This document shows, piece after piece, positions 51,140 through 63,280 of a stretch of 64,000 nt of DNA. The position numbers and the translations under genes are program-made. This DNA is from Epiperipatus broadwayi (Eukaryota > Animalia > Onychophora). The notes under the pieces were generated by a model. That model was not told where the DNA came from and did not search any database. It saw nothing but the letters and a program-made list of their open reading frames with translations. Location: NCBI GenBank assembly GCA_028023455.1, contig JAQFVV010000003.1, positions 7,006,001-7,070,000 of the forward strand. The letters run 5' to 3'. Each line of letters starts with the position of its first letter. Position 1 is the stretch's first letter.

Positions 51140-54100
51140 ATATATATATATATATATGTCACTGTTAAGTATATATGAATAAATCCAATGCTCCTCAAAG
51201 ATAAAGAACAAAAAGTAATCTGAATTTCATTGAAACTACTATAGTTTTTATTGTTTAGCCAAGCTTGCAACATATGGCTATAAAATAAAATAATAGGTTG
51301 ATTTACTATTTCTAAGGCAAGGAAATAACATGGATAAAACTGAATAAGAAAAAATTTTGACTGCAAAATCTTATATGCCAGTAAAATGTCAATGGATGTT
51401 TGTCAACTTTTAATTGTCATAATGATAGATAGGGAATAGAAGATAAACATAATTATAATATTATCATAATCTTCCCATTCTGTAAATCAAACATTTAATA
51501 ACTTCTGATTAAAACAAATCTATAGCAATAATCTTCCCTAAAGCAGATAAGTACAAGTACTTTCATAGGTCAAACAGTCAGCAACTCCTTGTGAAGTTGA
51601 ATCATTAATTGCCCATTCATTAGAACAAACAGCCAACAATTTTTTGTGAAGTTAAATCAGAAATTTTTTTTTTTTTCACTTTTACTATTGTCAAAAATGT
51701 CGAATTTAAACTAGACTATTCATTAGTAAGTGTTGTGTGGTATAAAAATGTGTTAATGGAAATCTGAAAATCTGTAAGTTCTTCCAATTTTTATGACTGT
51801 ACAGACTATATAACACTTAAAATATTCTTTAGGGATCATCTAAATCCTCTACACTAATCCTATATTGTAATTGGAAATGAAGCAATACATGATTGTTATT
51901 GCTTAATATCAAATTTATTTACAAATAAAATGTTTATAATATTACAAGCACAAAATGTATGTTTTTGGAAATAGTAATCTGCTGTATTTATTTAACTTCA
52001 AAACCATCTTTAGTAAATTTAAGCAATCAATGATATTATATAATACTAAGAACATTATGACCACATCCACAGGCTAGTTTCTGGCTTATGGTCTTTATTA
52101 ATAAAAAGTTTTGAACTACTGGCAGTTAATTACACATCTAACAGTCACCTTTAATTTTTTTTTTATAAAATCAAATTTATAATCTGAAATTTAGAAAAAA
52201 AACATTTTAGGATTTTGAATGTAAGCTAACTTGTTTGTATATTTGTATAGATGTGATAATAAAATAATGACTATACATTTTAATGACCTGAGTTTTTATA
52301 ATAACTGTGGACATCTTTAACATTTTATATAGCATAATATATACCAAAACAAAAATCATGGGCCTTTCTTTGCTTACATTCTATATGTTCTTTTAAGATT
52401 AATAATTTACTCTATTTCAGAGCCACCACTTTTGCAGAATTGAATAATCAATATAAATTAAATGATAATACCATAATCTACAATCCCAGACTAGTTTCTA
52501 TGTCCTTATTTTAAAGGTAATTTATCCAGAAACTTAATAAAGTAATATGAAATTATAATATTACTACCTAATGTTTAATGACTAACAAGTTTACATTATA
52601 TGCTCTGATATATGATGAATGTAAGTTAGGGAAGCCATTAAATATTAACAAAATAAAATTATCTTACTAGATAATATTAGTAGCATGCATGATGTCACCA
52701 GTTACCATTAACTAAAAGAATTACATTATTAAATAAATGTCTTATACATAATGCATTTGACAGACTCAATAAGTCACAAGCATCTTTAGATTCAACATAA
52801 TTATGTTTTATGGTAGTAGTCAATCATAAAATTCATATAATGCTGCAGAGGGTCTATGGTTATGAAGAAAACACTAGCTACATTGCAATCAGTTATGAAT
52901 TAGGAATTTGATATATCATTATTAACTAGTTATTTAATAAACATTCAGATCTAAAAAAGAAAGAGCTATTGATTTAAAAATTGGTATTAATTCTTTACAA
53001 TATAATACCTACAGATTCCCAAGTGCCTTTTGTGTATATAATAAAATAACACAACTAAAATTACTTAATAGAAAGCAAAACTACCCAGATTATTTGCACC
53101 AGTGTTGCTGTTTGAGTTAGAAGACTTCTCCCATGTTAAATAACTGTTTCACTGGATACTTCACACTTGAATTTATCAGCAAAGATGTTTCTTCAAAAAG
53201 GTAATAATATCTAGAAGTATAAGACACAATACAATTTTCAATATTAGACTGTTCACTGGTAGTTATTTGAGAGAGCAGTTTTTGATAATGATGATGATGA
53301 TGATAATACATTTTATAGTTCAGAAAAATCATATTACAGTTGAGCACCCTAGTGAGAAACATGAGCATACAACAATTCTTTTCCAGATAGGTATAACCAT
53401 GTTTTATTATTATTATTTACATTATTAAACTGCAAATTGATTCTGGAACTTTTAATAGTGAATCCACCACTCTGCCATTGTTATAAAATATATAGGATCA
53501 ATTACTGAATGATTTTTAGAGGGTGTGTGGTGCTTGAGTGCTAAAAGTTATAAATTGAGCTTCAATTCAGTAATAAGAAAAGTTGACAAAACAGTAAGAA
53601 TGTTGCCATTTAAAAACAATGAAATAATACTTTTAAAGTCTAGTTTTTATAAATTCTGAATAGTAAAAATTATATCTACCATTCATAGATAATATAGAAA
53701 TTCATATATCTGTGTATCATTCACTTAATTCAAGTAACATTTTAACAATTACATATAATTGCATAAAAACTAGTAAAACATTTGTATTTTATATTGGACT
53801 ATTTCCATCATCTAATATGAGTATAGAATGTCTTTAAAAAAATTTAACTTTATTTAAATATTCCAAATATATTCAATTGTTAGTAATAGTACATCAAACA
53901 AGTTAGTATATGTAGAACATTTTGAGAGGTATTATTCTCCCCTCTTCTTCATGTGTTGCTGGCCTGACCAGTAACAGTACTAGCATGGGATTCAAATCTG
54001 GATCCTTAGATTAATGAATATTAAATTTTAAGATAATGCTCTAACCAACTGAGCCATCCTGCCAAAGGCAAGAGTTAGTTGAAATTTCATATACTTATCT

Positions 54101-54867
54101 ATGAAGTTCCTCTTGATTTCTCCACTTTTTTTTAAAAGCAAAGTTGATTAGTGGTTTCCATATATTATGTATAGTCACGCTATATTGGCTTATGGGATTT
54201 TTTCCATTGTCATGTGAACAGCTTCTTTAAATTTTTTTCTTTGTATTCTTTCTTCTCTATCCAATATTTTATATTTTCCCAAATAAACATATATGTTCAT
54301 TGGCACATACATGGTCTGCTACCTTAGACACATCTGTTTTCTCTCATCTAATCATCAGTTTGTGTTATTGCAAGTGCTTTTCAATGGTATGACTGGTCTC
54401 ACCAATATATGTTCTTCTACATTAAATGGTGATAATACTTTACAAACCAGAACAGCTCTTCCTATTGATAGTATAATGGAACTATTAACATTCTGCATAA
54501 AAACAACCTACTTTCAATGTAACACAGAATTTTTCCAAAAAAAATCAAGGAATGACTATAAGCTCACCACTGTCTTCTCTGTTGAGCAATATTTATATGG
54601 AAGAACTTGAAACCTTAGCCATAAAAACTACTCCATATCCACCTAAAGTTTGGCTTTGGTATGTGGATGATACATTTGTTGTATGGCAATATGATGAAGC
54701 ACTGCTACAAACTTTCTAGAAACACATCATCAACATATCCCCTTTCAATTAAATTCACAATAGAATCAGAACAAGAACAAAAATTGGCATTCTTAGATGT
54801 TCTTGTGACAAGAGTCCCTCATGATAAAATCAAAACTACAGTTTACCAAAAACCTAAACATACAGAA

Positions 54868-55227
54868 AAATACCTAGCATATACATCCAATTACACCAGA
54901 AACACAAAACACAGAGTTATACTATCACTATGGAACAGAGCAAAAGAAGTTTGTTCAGTAGCCAGCGATTTGGAAAAAGAAGAGATTTATATAGAACTCT
55001 TATGAAAATACCTAGCCTATACATCCAATTACACCAGAAACACAAAACATGGAGTTATACTATACATCCAATTACACCAGAAACACAAAACATGGAGTTA
55101 TACTATATATCCAATTACACCAGAAACACAAAACATGGAGTTATACTATCACTATGGAACAGAACAAAAGAAGTTTGTTCAGTAGCCAGTGATTTGGAAA
55201 AAGAAAAGATTTATATAGAACTTTTAT
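54868..55227 (+). repeat. ~138 bp duplication containing a 43 bp x3 repeat inside the PLE ORF
   Basis: 43 bp units at 55021, 55064 and 55107. Confidence 0.9.
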
Positions 55228-55846
55228 GAAAAATGGTTATCCATCAACTGTTATTAGGAAAACATTAAATAGACAACAAAAACAACTATCAAGAAAAAAG
55301 ACAATTATTGGTACTATAGTGTACCCATACATTCCAAAAATATCAGACAAATTAATGAAAATCTGCAATCATTATAACCTCAGAACAGCTTTCCAGAGCC
55401 ATACCACGCTATGAGGAATTTTAACCTCTATACAGCCTAAACTTGAAATGCTGAAAAGAAAAAACTGCATCTATGAAATACCATATAAATGTGGAAGAAC
55501 ATATATTGGTGAGACCAGTCATCCCATTGAAAAGTGTTTGCAAGAACACAAACTGATGATTAGAAGAGAGAAAACAGATGTGTCTAAGGTAGCAGACCAT
55601 GTATGTGCAATGAACATATGTTCAATTGGAAAAATACAAAAATATTGGATAGAAAAGAAAGGCTACAAAGAAGAAAATTTAAAGAAACTGCTCACATGAC
55701 AATAACAAAATATTCCATAAGCCAACCTAATGTGACTATACATAATATATGGAAACCACTAATTAGCTTTTCTCTTAGAAAAAAGTGGAGAAATCAACAG
55801 GAAACTCATAGATAAGTATATGAAATTTCTACTGACTGTTACCTTT

Positions 55847-55937
55847 GGCAGTATGGCTCAGTTGGTTAGAACCTTACCTAAAAATTCAAAAATCAAGAAT
55901 CTAAGGGTTCAGGTTCGAATCCCATGTTAGTACTGTT
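55847..55937 (+). other. tRNA-like (Pol III A/B box) cassette in the PLE 3' region
   Basis: GGCAGTA...TACTGTT acceptor-like stem, A-box TGGCTCAGTTGG, B-box GGTTCGAATCC. Mirror copy at 53973-54063 has a perfect GCTC/GAGC D-stem. Not a canonical cloverleaf. Confidence 0.65.
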
Positions 55938-55944
55938 ACTGGTA

Positions 55945-55985
55945 CTGAAGAAGAGGGGAGAATAATACTTCTCAAAACATTGTGC
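55945..55985 (+). ncRNA. Degenerate hammerhead (family D); mirror copy at ~53910-53952
   Basis: CTGAAGA A GAGGGG-AGAATAATA-CTTCTC AAAACATTGTG. The two copies jointly suggest an ancestral GAAACGTTGT (AACGTT palindrome) lost by CpG decay. Helix I is poorly supported. Confidence 0.5.
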
Positions 55986-56232
55986 ATATACTAACCCATT
56001 TAATGTGCTATTACTAACAGTTGAATATATTTGGAATATTTAAATAAAGTTTTAAAGATATTCAATACTCATATTAGATTATGGAAATAGTCCAATATAA
56101 AAATACAACTAGAACACCATCATTGCAAACCTTCAGAAAAACACTAGTAAAACACTTTACTTAATCAATTCCAGAGCCCATTATTATAAGATTGAGTTAT
56201 CAATGAACACTAGATGACACTGCTAAACCTAC

Positions 56233-56276
56233 ATTTCTAGACTAATTTTTGGCTAGTGGCCACCTTCAATAAAAAT
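56233..56276 (-). ncRNA. Degenerate hammerhead (family C-like) with intact helices
   Basis: ATTTTTA TTGAAGG TGGC-CACTA-GCCA AAAATTAGTC / TAGAAAT. 7 bp helix I and 4 bp helix II; several core substitutions. Confidence 0.55.
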
Positions 56277-57168
56277 CAACTGATGCTTATCACTGAAAAG
56301 GGTCAATGGCCAAATGCTAGTCTAAGAATGTGGATATACCTTGGTTATTCAGTATTCATTGACTACCTCACTAAAGATGGTCAACAGTAGAGACTTGTCA
56401 ACTAGTAGTTGTTGATTTTTCAAGCTTGAAGCAGGTAGACCTAAAGTAAATTAAATAGTAAATTATTGATTCTAATGTATAAATAACTTCTAGAATTCTG
56501 AAGAAATTAACATTATGATTTATTTCATTTATTTTTTAAAAAAGGAATTCCAGTGATAAAAACAAAAATTTGGATATAAAAGATAAATTAATTTTCAAAT
56601 TGTTTGTTAAAATCATGGTTGATTTTCAAGATGAATTATAATGATTCAGCTCTATAACATATCTAAAATTATTTTAGACTTTATAAGAAGTATAAAGTTA
56701 CAAAAATGTACGAGATACTAAACAATATATAAACTGTTAATTGATATGACAAAAATTTACTTTTTATAGGTTTTTAAAACAGAAATGACTAATCTATGAT
56801 GCATGCAGTAATGTGGCATATCTGATCCCAACTATAAAAAGTAAGCCTAGATTTTGAAAAGTAGTACTGTAATCAAAAACAATCTTTTATTAGTATTCAA
56901 TATAACAAAAATTCAAACTAAAAATGAGAATTCCTATTCTACATATTTGTTGTAAATAATACATGTTTATCTTTTGTCTAATCTTGAGTACTTTTGAAAA
57001 CCTTTTTTGTGAAGATTATTTTCATTCATGAAACTTATAAAAATTAAAATAAAAAATTATGATTGACTGATTCAAATATGAAAGACACTCTGTTGCTTTC
57101 ATTAACAGAATAAGCTCTAAACTTTAAAAATATAGTGAAAGCAAAACAGACTCAGAAGTCTCGTTAAA

Positions 57169-57535
57169 ACAGGAACTCTCCATACAGTAGTGCCACTCAG
57201 TGCAAGCCAGAGTAATCAGTGGATGCCAGAAGGCTTGTGCATAAAATTCCTATCTAGTGCCTACTCATCCAATATCCCAAAACTAGTTTCTAGCTTGTGG
57301 TTATGAGAGCACTGCACCTAGAAGGTTCATCACTGATGAAAGCCACAAGCTAGAAACTAGTTTTGGGATATTGGATGAGTAGGCACTAGATAGCGATTTT
57401 ATGCACAAGCCTTCTGGCATCCATTGATTACTCTGGCTTGCACTGAGTGGCACTATTCTATGGAGAGTTTTGCCTGTTTTAATAACAGTTATGAGAAAGC
57501 ATAAGAAATGGTGATCATGTGATGTTTAGTGGTTT
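57169..57535 (+). mobile_element. Family C element: ~135 bp-arm hairpin with HHR core in the loop, 13 bp TSD
   Basis: TSD AAGTCTCGTTAAA at 57156-57168 and 57536-57548. Arms ~57166-57300 and ~57343-57480. CTGATGA at 57333-57339. Confidence 0.85.
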
Positions 57536-57639
57536 AAGTCTCGTTAAAGTATGTAACATTTAAACTATTTCTTTTTTCTATAGCACATTATAACCCAATC
57601 TATTTTTTATTTATTTCTTTGTTTGTATATCAATAGATA

Positions 57640-57860
57640 AGGAAGGCTGACTACACGGGAAATATTATAAAATTAGAACTCCTCTTTAGAGCATGAGATC
57701 AACTCAGGCCACAATTTCGATCCACACAACTTCAAAATGGTTTGCGCTGAGCACAATGATTGAAAAAGAAAAGATACAGAGGTGTGGTTTATCACAGATA
57801 ATACCCATGATAAATAAAAAAGACTCATGCCTTGCATCATCATGAAAGTGGTATATGTAA
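57640..57860 (+). pseudogene. PLE endonuclease C-terminal remnant
   Basis: Frame LEHEINSGHNFDPHNFKMVCAEHND*KRKDTEVWFI matches the PLE H...GH.FD...KIL..E....KRK..EA..I pattern. Confidence 0.6.
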
Positions 57861-57903
57861 ATTCACAAATTTGCATACTAATTAAACTATAAGTTCTCTT
57901 TTC

Positions 57904-57952
57904 TACATGCTATGAATATGACCAGTCTGGTTGAAAGCAGTGCTAAGTTGTA
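57904..57952 (+). ncRNA. Hammerhead-like motif with A3-U8 core
   Basis: TACA-T-GCT ATGAATA T GACC-AGTCT-GGTT GAAA GC-AGT-GC TA / AGT-TGTA, in the PLE 3' region. Confidence 0.5.
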
Positions 57953-59059
57953 AATCTGTAAAGAAGTTATAATTTTTATGATCTTTCCTGCATAGTAGAT
58001 CTTTCCTATCTGTAGAATAGCACATTATTATATCATAAAAAATACTACATGTTACTTATCCTTATTAACATATTTTACACAGAAATTAAATAATAACATG
58101 AGAGTCATGTTGTTGGAAAACAAAATTTGAATTCTTACATAAAAAAGAAATAGCATAAGCACTGTTAAACATTGGCCAATTGTACAGCATATAATATATT
58201 TAAAAATTTACATTAAAAAAAAGATAATGGAATCTATTCATACATTTGAATAATTGTGAATGATATTAATAAAATCTACAACTTATCATGATAAAATTGT
58301 TTGCACAAAAATTCCCAATCAGATTGACAACCAATCGATTTAACATTATATACCCAAGATAGTGCATTTACAGTTCTAAAAATTTCTGTGTGGCAACATG
58401 TATTTTTGTCTACAGTTCATTTTCTTGGCTTTTTTTGGTTCATTAATAGTATTAAATATGAATTTTTATAACATTTAATAACCATTTCCCATTATAAAAA
58501 TTATTTACTTAGGAAAACAAATTTTATTGAAGAGCAGTGAGGGCAGATTGTAAATAAGCCTGTTGTGATTGATTTACCATCAGTTCAATTTCCAACAATT
58601 TTTTAAAATAAATATCACTTTAAATTTCCAACAATGTATTTCTTCAAGACTAACAATAGTAAGCCAGCTCAGGAAGTGGGAACTTTTATGGTTTATAATG
58701 AAAAACTTAGCCTGCTAACTACACACTCTCACGACTGGCTGCAATATTTTCACTATTCATAGAATAAAAACATTATTTTGGAGACATAGCTGCATTTGCC
58801 TTTCATCAATCATTTTTCTTATCTGCTTGTTATTTGATCCCTACTTATGAGTTTGTTTTGCTATTTTATGTTTTCTTGCTCAGTTAATTGACAAATGTTT
58901 GATCAGAGTGCTTTAATGTTCCTGTTTTTTAGTTGTACAGAATAATATTGGTATACAAAAAATTTAGTTTTAAGTAAATAACATTAAATTTAGTTTTAAT
59001 TTTAGTTTTAATGCTGAATTTTGTTAGTAAATTGTATATTATCCATCATATCTAAAAAA

Positions 59060-59900
59060 GTTAAAAGAAGGTTGAATAAAGAAAAAAGAACATTTAATGA
59101 AGATTGTGAGTTATAATATTTTCTTATTTTTATGAAAAATAAAATGTTTTTTATGTTTTATACTGTACTAATGATCTCATAAGAACCACAAATACATGAA
59201 AATAGAAGAAGCCAGTAAATATGCACTTCCTAATGAAGAAAGAAAAACAGCACACAGCTTTTAGTGCTTTTATTAAGCAAGAAGCTGCTGAAAATGATAT
59301 TATATACAAAATAGCACATATACCTGGAAAAGGAGGTAAACCATTTAGTGATATAAAAATAATAAAAGATCATATTGGTGAAACAGTGGGCTGTTTAGAT
59401 CCAGAGAAAGTTAACAATACAAACAATTACTTTCTTCAAGAAGAACTATAAATGATAGACAACATGAATTAGCTCAGAATATGACAAAGCAACTTCATTG
59501 TTATGATAAACTATTTAATTTGCACATGCTTAGTCAGAAAATTCATGGAATTGATATGTTTTAGCAACTTTAAAGAAATATGTCATGAAGCAGAGCTAAA
59601 TCTTGGTAACCTAATAAATGTAAGCACTAATGGTGCACTTTCTATGAGAGGAAAAGCAAAAAGGAGTCATTTCATTTGCTAAAGAAAGAAAATTTCAATT
59701 TAGAAAAGTTGTTTTCCATCCTCTGTATATTGCACCAATAGAATCTTTGTACCAAACTTATATTTTACCCAATACTTTAGATAGAATTATTGCAATTATA
59801 TAAATGCAATATAACATCATGAATTTCAAAACATGCTTATGTCAGATGATGATACATATACTGAGAAACGTTCGTATTATTCTAAAGTAGTTTTTCTCAA
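59060..59900 (+). pseudogene. hAT transposase remnant (GTF2IRD2/EPM2AIP1-like), 5' part
   Basis: KRTFNED..., IYKIAH...GKPFSD...IKDHIGETVGCLDPEKVN, TNGA.SMRGK and CILHQ*NLC motifs. Confidence 0.75.
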
Positions 59901-60959
59901 CTACCTACATACTGCAGTCCAACGAATTTTTTTTTTTTTTATTACAGATCCAATGAAGTATAAACAACAAAAAAAAATGGAAGAAAGGGCAGATGTTTTT
60001 ATAGTAAAATAATATTATTAATAATGTTTAACAAATTTAATGTATATTTATATATTCAAAGAGTAGTAAAATGAATAGAATAATCGACAAAACTATACAA
60101 AAATAAATTAACTAGCAAAATATTAAACTAATAATAAACAAAATCTGAAGAAAAACAATGAACAATATTTAAATAACTGAGCGAAACATAATTATAATTA
60201 TAAAACCAAAAACTAATTAGATTGTTGCTGATTCTTTTCAATAATTAGCTTATCTAGTCTTAAAGATATATTTGTAATTGGTAAGCGAAAACTGGATTTA
60301 TTAATAAATGATTTCTTTCTTTTCATTTTATGAATGCTATTGTTGAAAATGTCAATTCACACAAACACAGCAATAACACTCGAAGACTTTTTCGTGTAAT
60401 TCTGAATATTCAATTTTTATTTTAATCCAAAATTGAGTTATATTTGTCGAATTAAATAATATATTTAATGTATCATCGCAATTTAAGTATATTATTTTTC
60501 CTGTTCCAAATAGTTAGGTTATTTTATAGTTCAATAAATGTATTTAAAATCCACATATTGCCTTTCCAAATGTCTTTTTCCTGTCGATAATATTGCTCAA
60601 ACACACAACAAAATCCGTTTAAATGACCATAAACAGTATTTTTCTAATTCGCCAATATTTAAACGTATCAACTTCATTTATCAATTCTGAAAATAAATGA
60701 AACGTCTTTTTTTTTTTTTTCTATACGCTTATAATATCATAGTTTTAACTTTTCTTGAATGACTCAGTTTTAAATCCATAAATCAAAACTAGTATTATTT
60801 CATTACAGGATTAAATTTAGTTCATTTATTGATGAAAATATGTATGATAAGTAAACCAGTTTAGCAATCCAATTGTTGTCACGGAAAATATTTCTGAATT
60901 CTGCATTTTTTTGATCATAGAAATATTTGAATTTCTTTTTTTAATTTATACAATTTTGT

Positions 60960-61660
60960 TAATACTATTCCTCTCAACAACCGTTATACATCTGCATGAG
61001 ATAGTAAATTTTTATATCCAGATCCCATTTCATTGCATAAACTTGAAAATAGTTTTGAATTTAGTGCATTGCATTTAATATCATTTCTTATTTGTATCGA
61101 TTGAGTAAGAACGTTATTCAAGTCAGGAGACAATTTTTTAGCAGCTAAATGCTTGCAGGATATAATACAACGAGTAAAAATCATTTTGACGTTTGCTACT
61201 TCTTTAATTTTTTTTTGCAACTCCTGAATCTTTTCCAATCATACTTGTTTCTGCATCAGTACATAATTTTTTCCAATTAAATGAATTCTTTTCGATGTAA
61301 TTTCAATTACATAAAAAAAAATTCTTTACATCATTGATTTAGTAATCAACATAACGACTGTAACATAAAAGTATGGCTTTATTGGTAACATTTGTAGATT
61401 CATCTATTGAATTGCAAACAGAAATTTGTTTACTTTTTAAATTAATTAATCTTCAACATCAATTATTAATTCACTAAATATACATTGAATAGTATTATTA
61501 GAAAGCAGCAAAGTTTTCATTCTGCCTCCAACAACTGTATCTAGGATTTCTTAACACACTTCTACTAAGCATGGTTTAATTAAAATTTCAGCAATAGAAT
61601 ACTGCTTTTTGCATATAGCAATCTTTAAAGCAACTAAATATGTGCTTTTTAAAGAGTGGA
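60960..61660 (-). pseudogene. hAT transposase remnant (Buster/ZBED5-like), nested in the opposite orientation
   Basis: STYLVALKIA..KKQYSIAEILIKPCLVEVC and CIISCKHLAAKKLSPDLNNVL...ALNSKLFSSLCNEMGS...LLSHADV. Confidence 0.8.
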
Positions 61661-62148
61661 CTGTTCTGTGCATTATATGTATATTTATTGTAAATAAAGT
61701 TTAATAAAATCTTGGGTTTTTTTAATTATTATTCACTTAAAAACAGCTAAAATTTATTAAAAAGGTAAATATCATGTACTTAATATGTTTTAATTTATAG
61801 TCCACTTATTATATAGTAATTTCTATCACTACATGCCAGTGCAATTCCATAGGCTGATTACAACAAACTACATAGTGCATAGGACTGACAACTATTAGGT
61901 TATTTTTGTATATACCAAAGTCCACCTCAGTGCATGAAGTGCACATGCACAATATTGTTAATGGAGCAGTATTTTTACTATGAGATAACTGAAACCAGAA
62001 AATATAAACTTTTTTGTATTTTTTGTAGTATTTTGTTTTTTGGTTTAGTTTCTAAATATTCTATGAATAAAACAACTAACAAACAAAAGAAAACCATACA
62101 ACTGAATTAAAGATAAATTTAATAAAATTAGTTATAATTTAAAAGATT

Positions 62149-62429
62149 TTCACATGACCCATTACTCTCAGTGCCGTCTCATATTGCTGACCCACATGAT
62201 CACACACATGTTGAAAAGATAAATAATGACCAATATACGTATTTCATGCTAAACCAGTAATCATCAGTTGGTCTATTTATTGATGATTATTTATCTTTTC
62301 AACATGTGTGTGATCATGTGGGTCAGCAATATGAGATGGCACTGAGAGTAGTGGCTCATGTAAAAGTCTGAGTTTCGAATCCTGTATATATTACATATAT
62401 AAATGCAGGTTTAAGCCTGTACAATGTAT
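62149..62429. mobile_element. Hairpin element with hammerhead in the loop, 14 bp TSD
   Basis: TSD TAATTTAAAAGATT at 62135-62148 and 62430-62443. Arms ~62152-62226 and ~62286-62361. Confidence 0.85.
62228..62273 (-). ncRNA. Type I hammerhead (family E-related), core intact
   Basis: GACCAA CTGATGA TTACTG-GTT-TAGCAT GAAA TACGTA TA / TTGGTC. 6 bp helix I; palindrome ATACGTAT; eroded helix II. Confidence 0.75.
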
Positions 62430-62509
62430 TAATTTAAAAGATTGTAAAAAAAAATATGTAATAAATATGAACAAATTTATAAGTTTTTTGTAGACAATTA
62501 AAATTTTTC

Positions 62510-63280
62510 TGCAGAACAGCTGTTGAAAAACAATGCTCTAAAGTATGCTGATTATCAAAAGCCCAAATTTTAATAAAAGTTTTAATTTTGCAAGAACAAA
62601 TTTTAAAATTTTATGAGGAACAACAAAATGATGTGAATGATTAGACAAAGAATTTTATAGAAATGCTGCATTTTTTGCATAATATTATGATAAAAAAATA
62701 ATTTAAATATTTTTACAGGGTAAAACATATATATATATATGCAGCTAAAAGTCCAGGGGTTTAGAAGAAAATTAATATTTTTCAAAAATATTTTCTATAA
62801 ATCAGAAATTTCCAACAACATTGCTCACAGTTAACAAACATGTTAAATTAATAGAAATATGTACTGAAAACTTTCAAGATTTCATAGTTATCCTGGATTC
62901 CTTAATTAAAGAGTACAATGAAAAATTTTCTGATTTTGAAGAACATACTCTTGCAATGAAATTGGCATATGAACCATATTTGATTAATATCTTGAAAGCA
63001 TTCACAGAACTACAAATAGAATTGAATGACTTAGGGGGAAGTAAAATCATAAAGTCTCTTTTTAATACCAATAAAGATCCCCCATTGACATATAGAAAAA
63101 TGCCATTGAATACCCATATTTATATCAACATGCTCATCATCTTATATCTTGCTTTGCAGCTACATACTGTTGTGAATCAACTTTTTCATATCTCACACAA
63201 ATTAAAAATTATTGATGTTCATTTAAAAGAACATATTAAGCTGGATCCCAATATTCATTTTGTATCAAATAAAAAACAAA
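62510..63280 (+). pseudogene. hAT transposase remnant (GTF2IRD2/EPM2AIP1-like), 3' part
   Basis: EQILKFYEEQ, DFIVILDSLIKEYNEKFSDFEEH and the dimerisation-domain remnant FA(A)TYCCESTFSYLTQIK; continues the 59.1-59.9 kb piece. Confidence 0.75.

Larger units (their letters stand above)
53782..56136 (+). mobile_element. 5'-truncated Penelope-like retroelement (RT + GIY-YIG) with inverted 5' pLTR copy
   Basis: RT remnants YFQCN...QG...SSPLS..LSNIYMEE, WLWYVDDTFVVW and IKFTIESE...KLAFLDVLV (54422-54990). Endonuclease CIYEIPYKCGRTYIGET...RLQEH-like (55450-55815). 53782-54421 is an inverted, diverged copy of ~55490-56108. Candidate imperfect TSD AAAA(CA)CTAGTAAAACA(C)TTT at 53766-53783 and 56137-56158. 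Confidence 0.9.
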
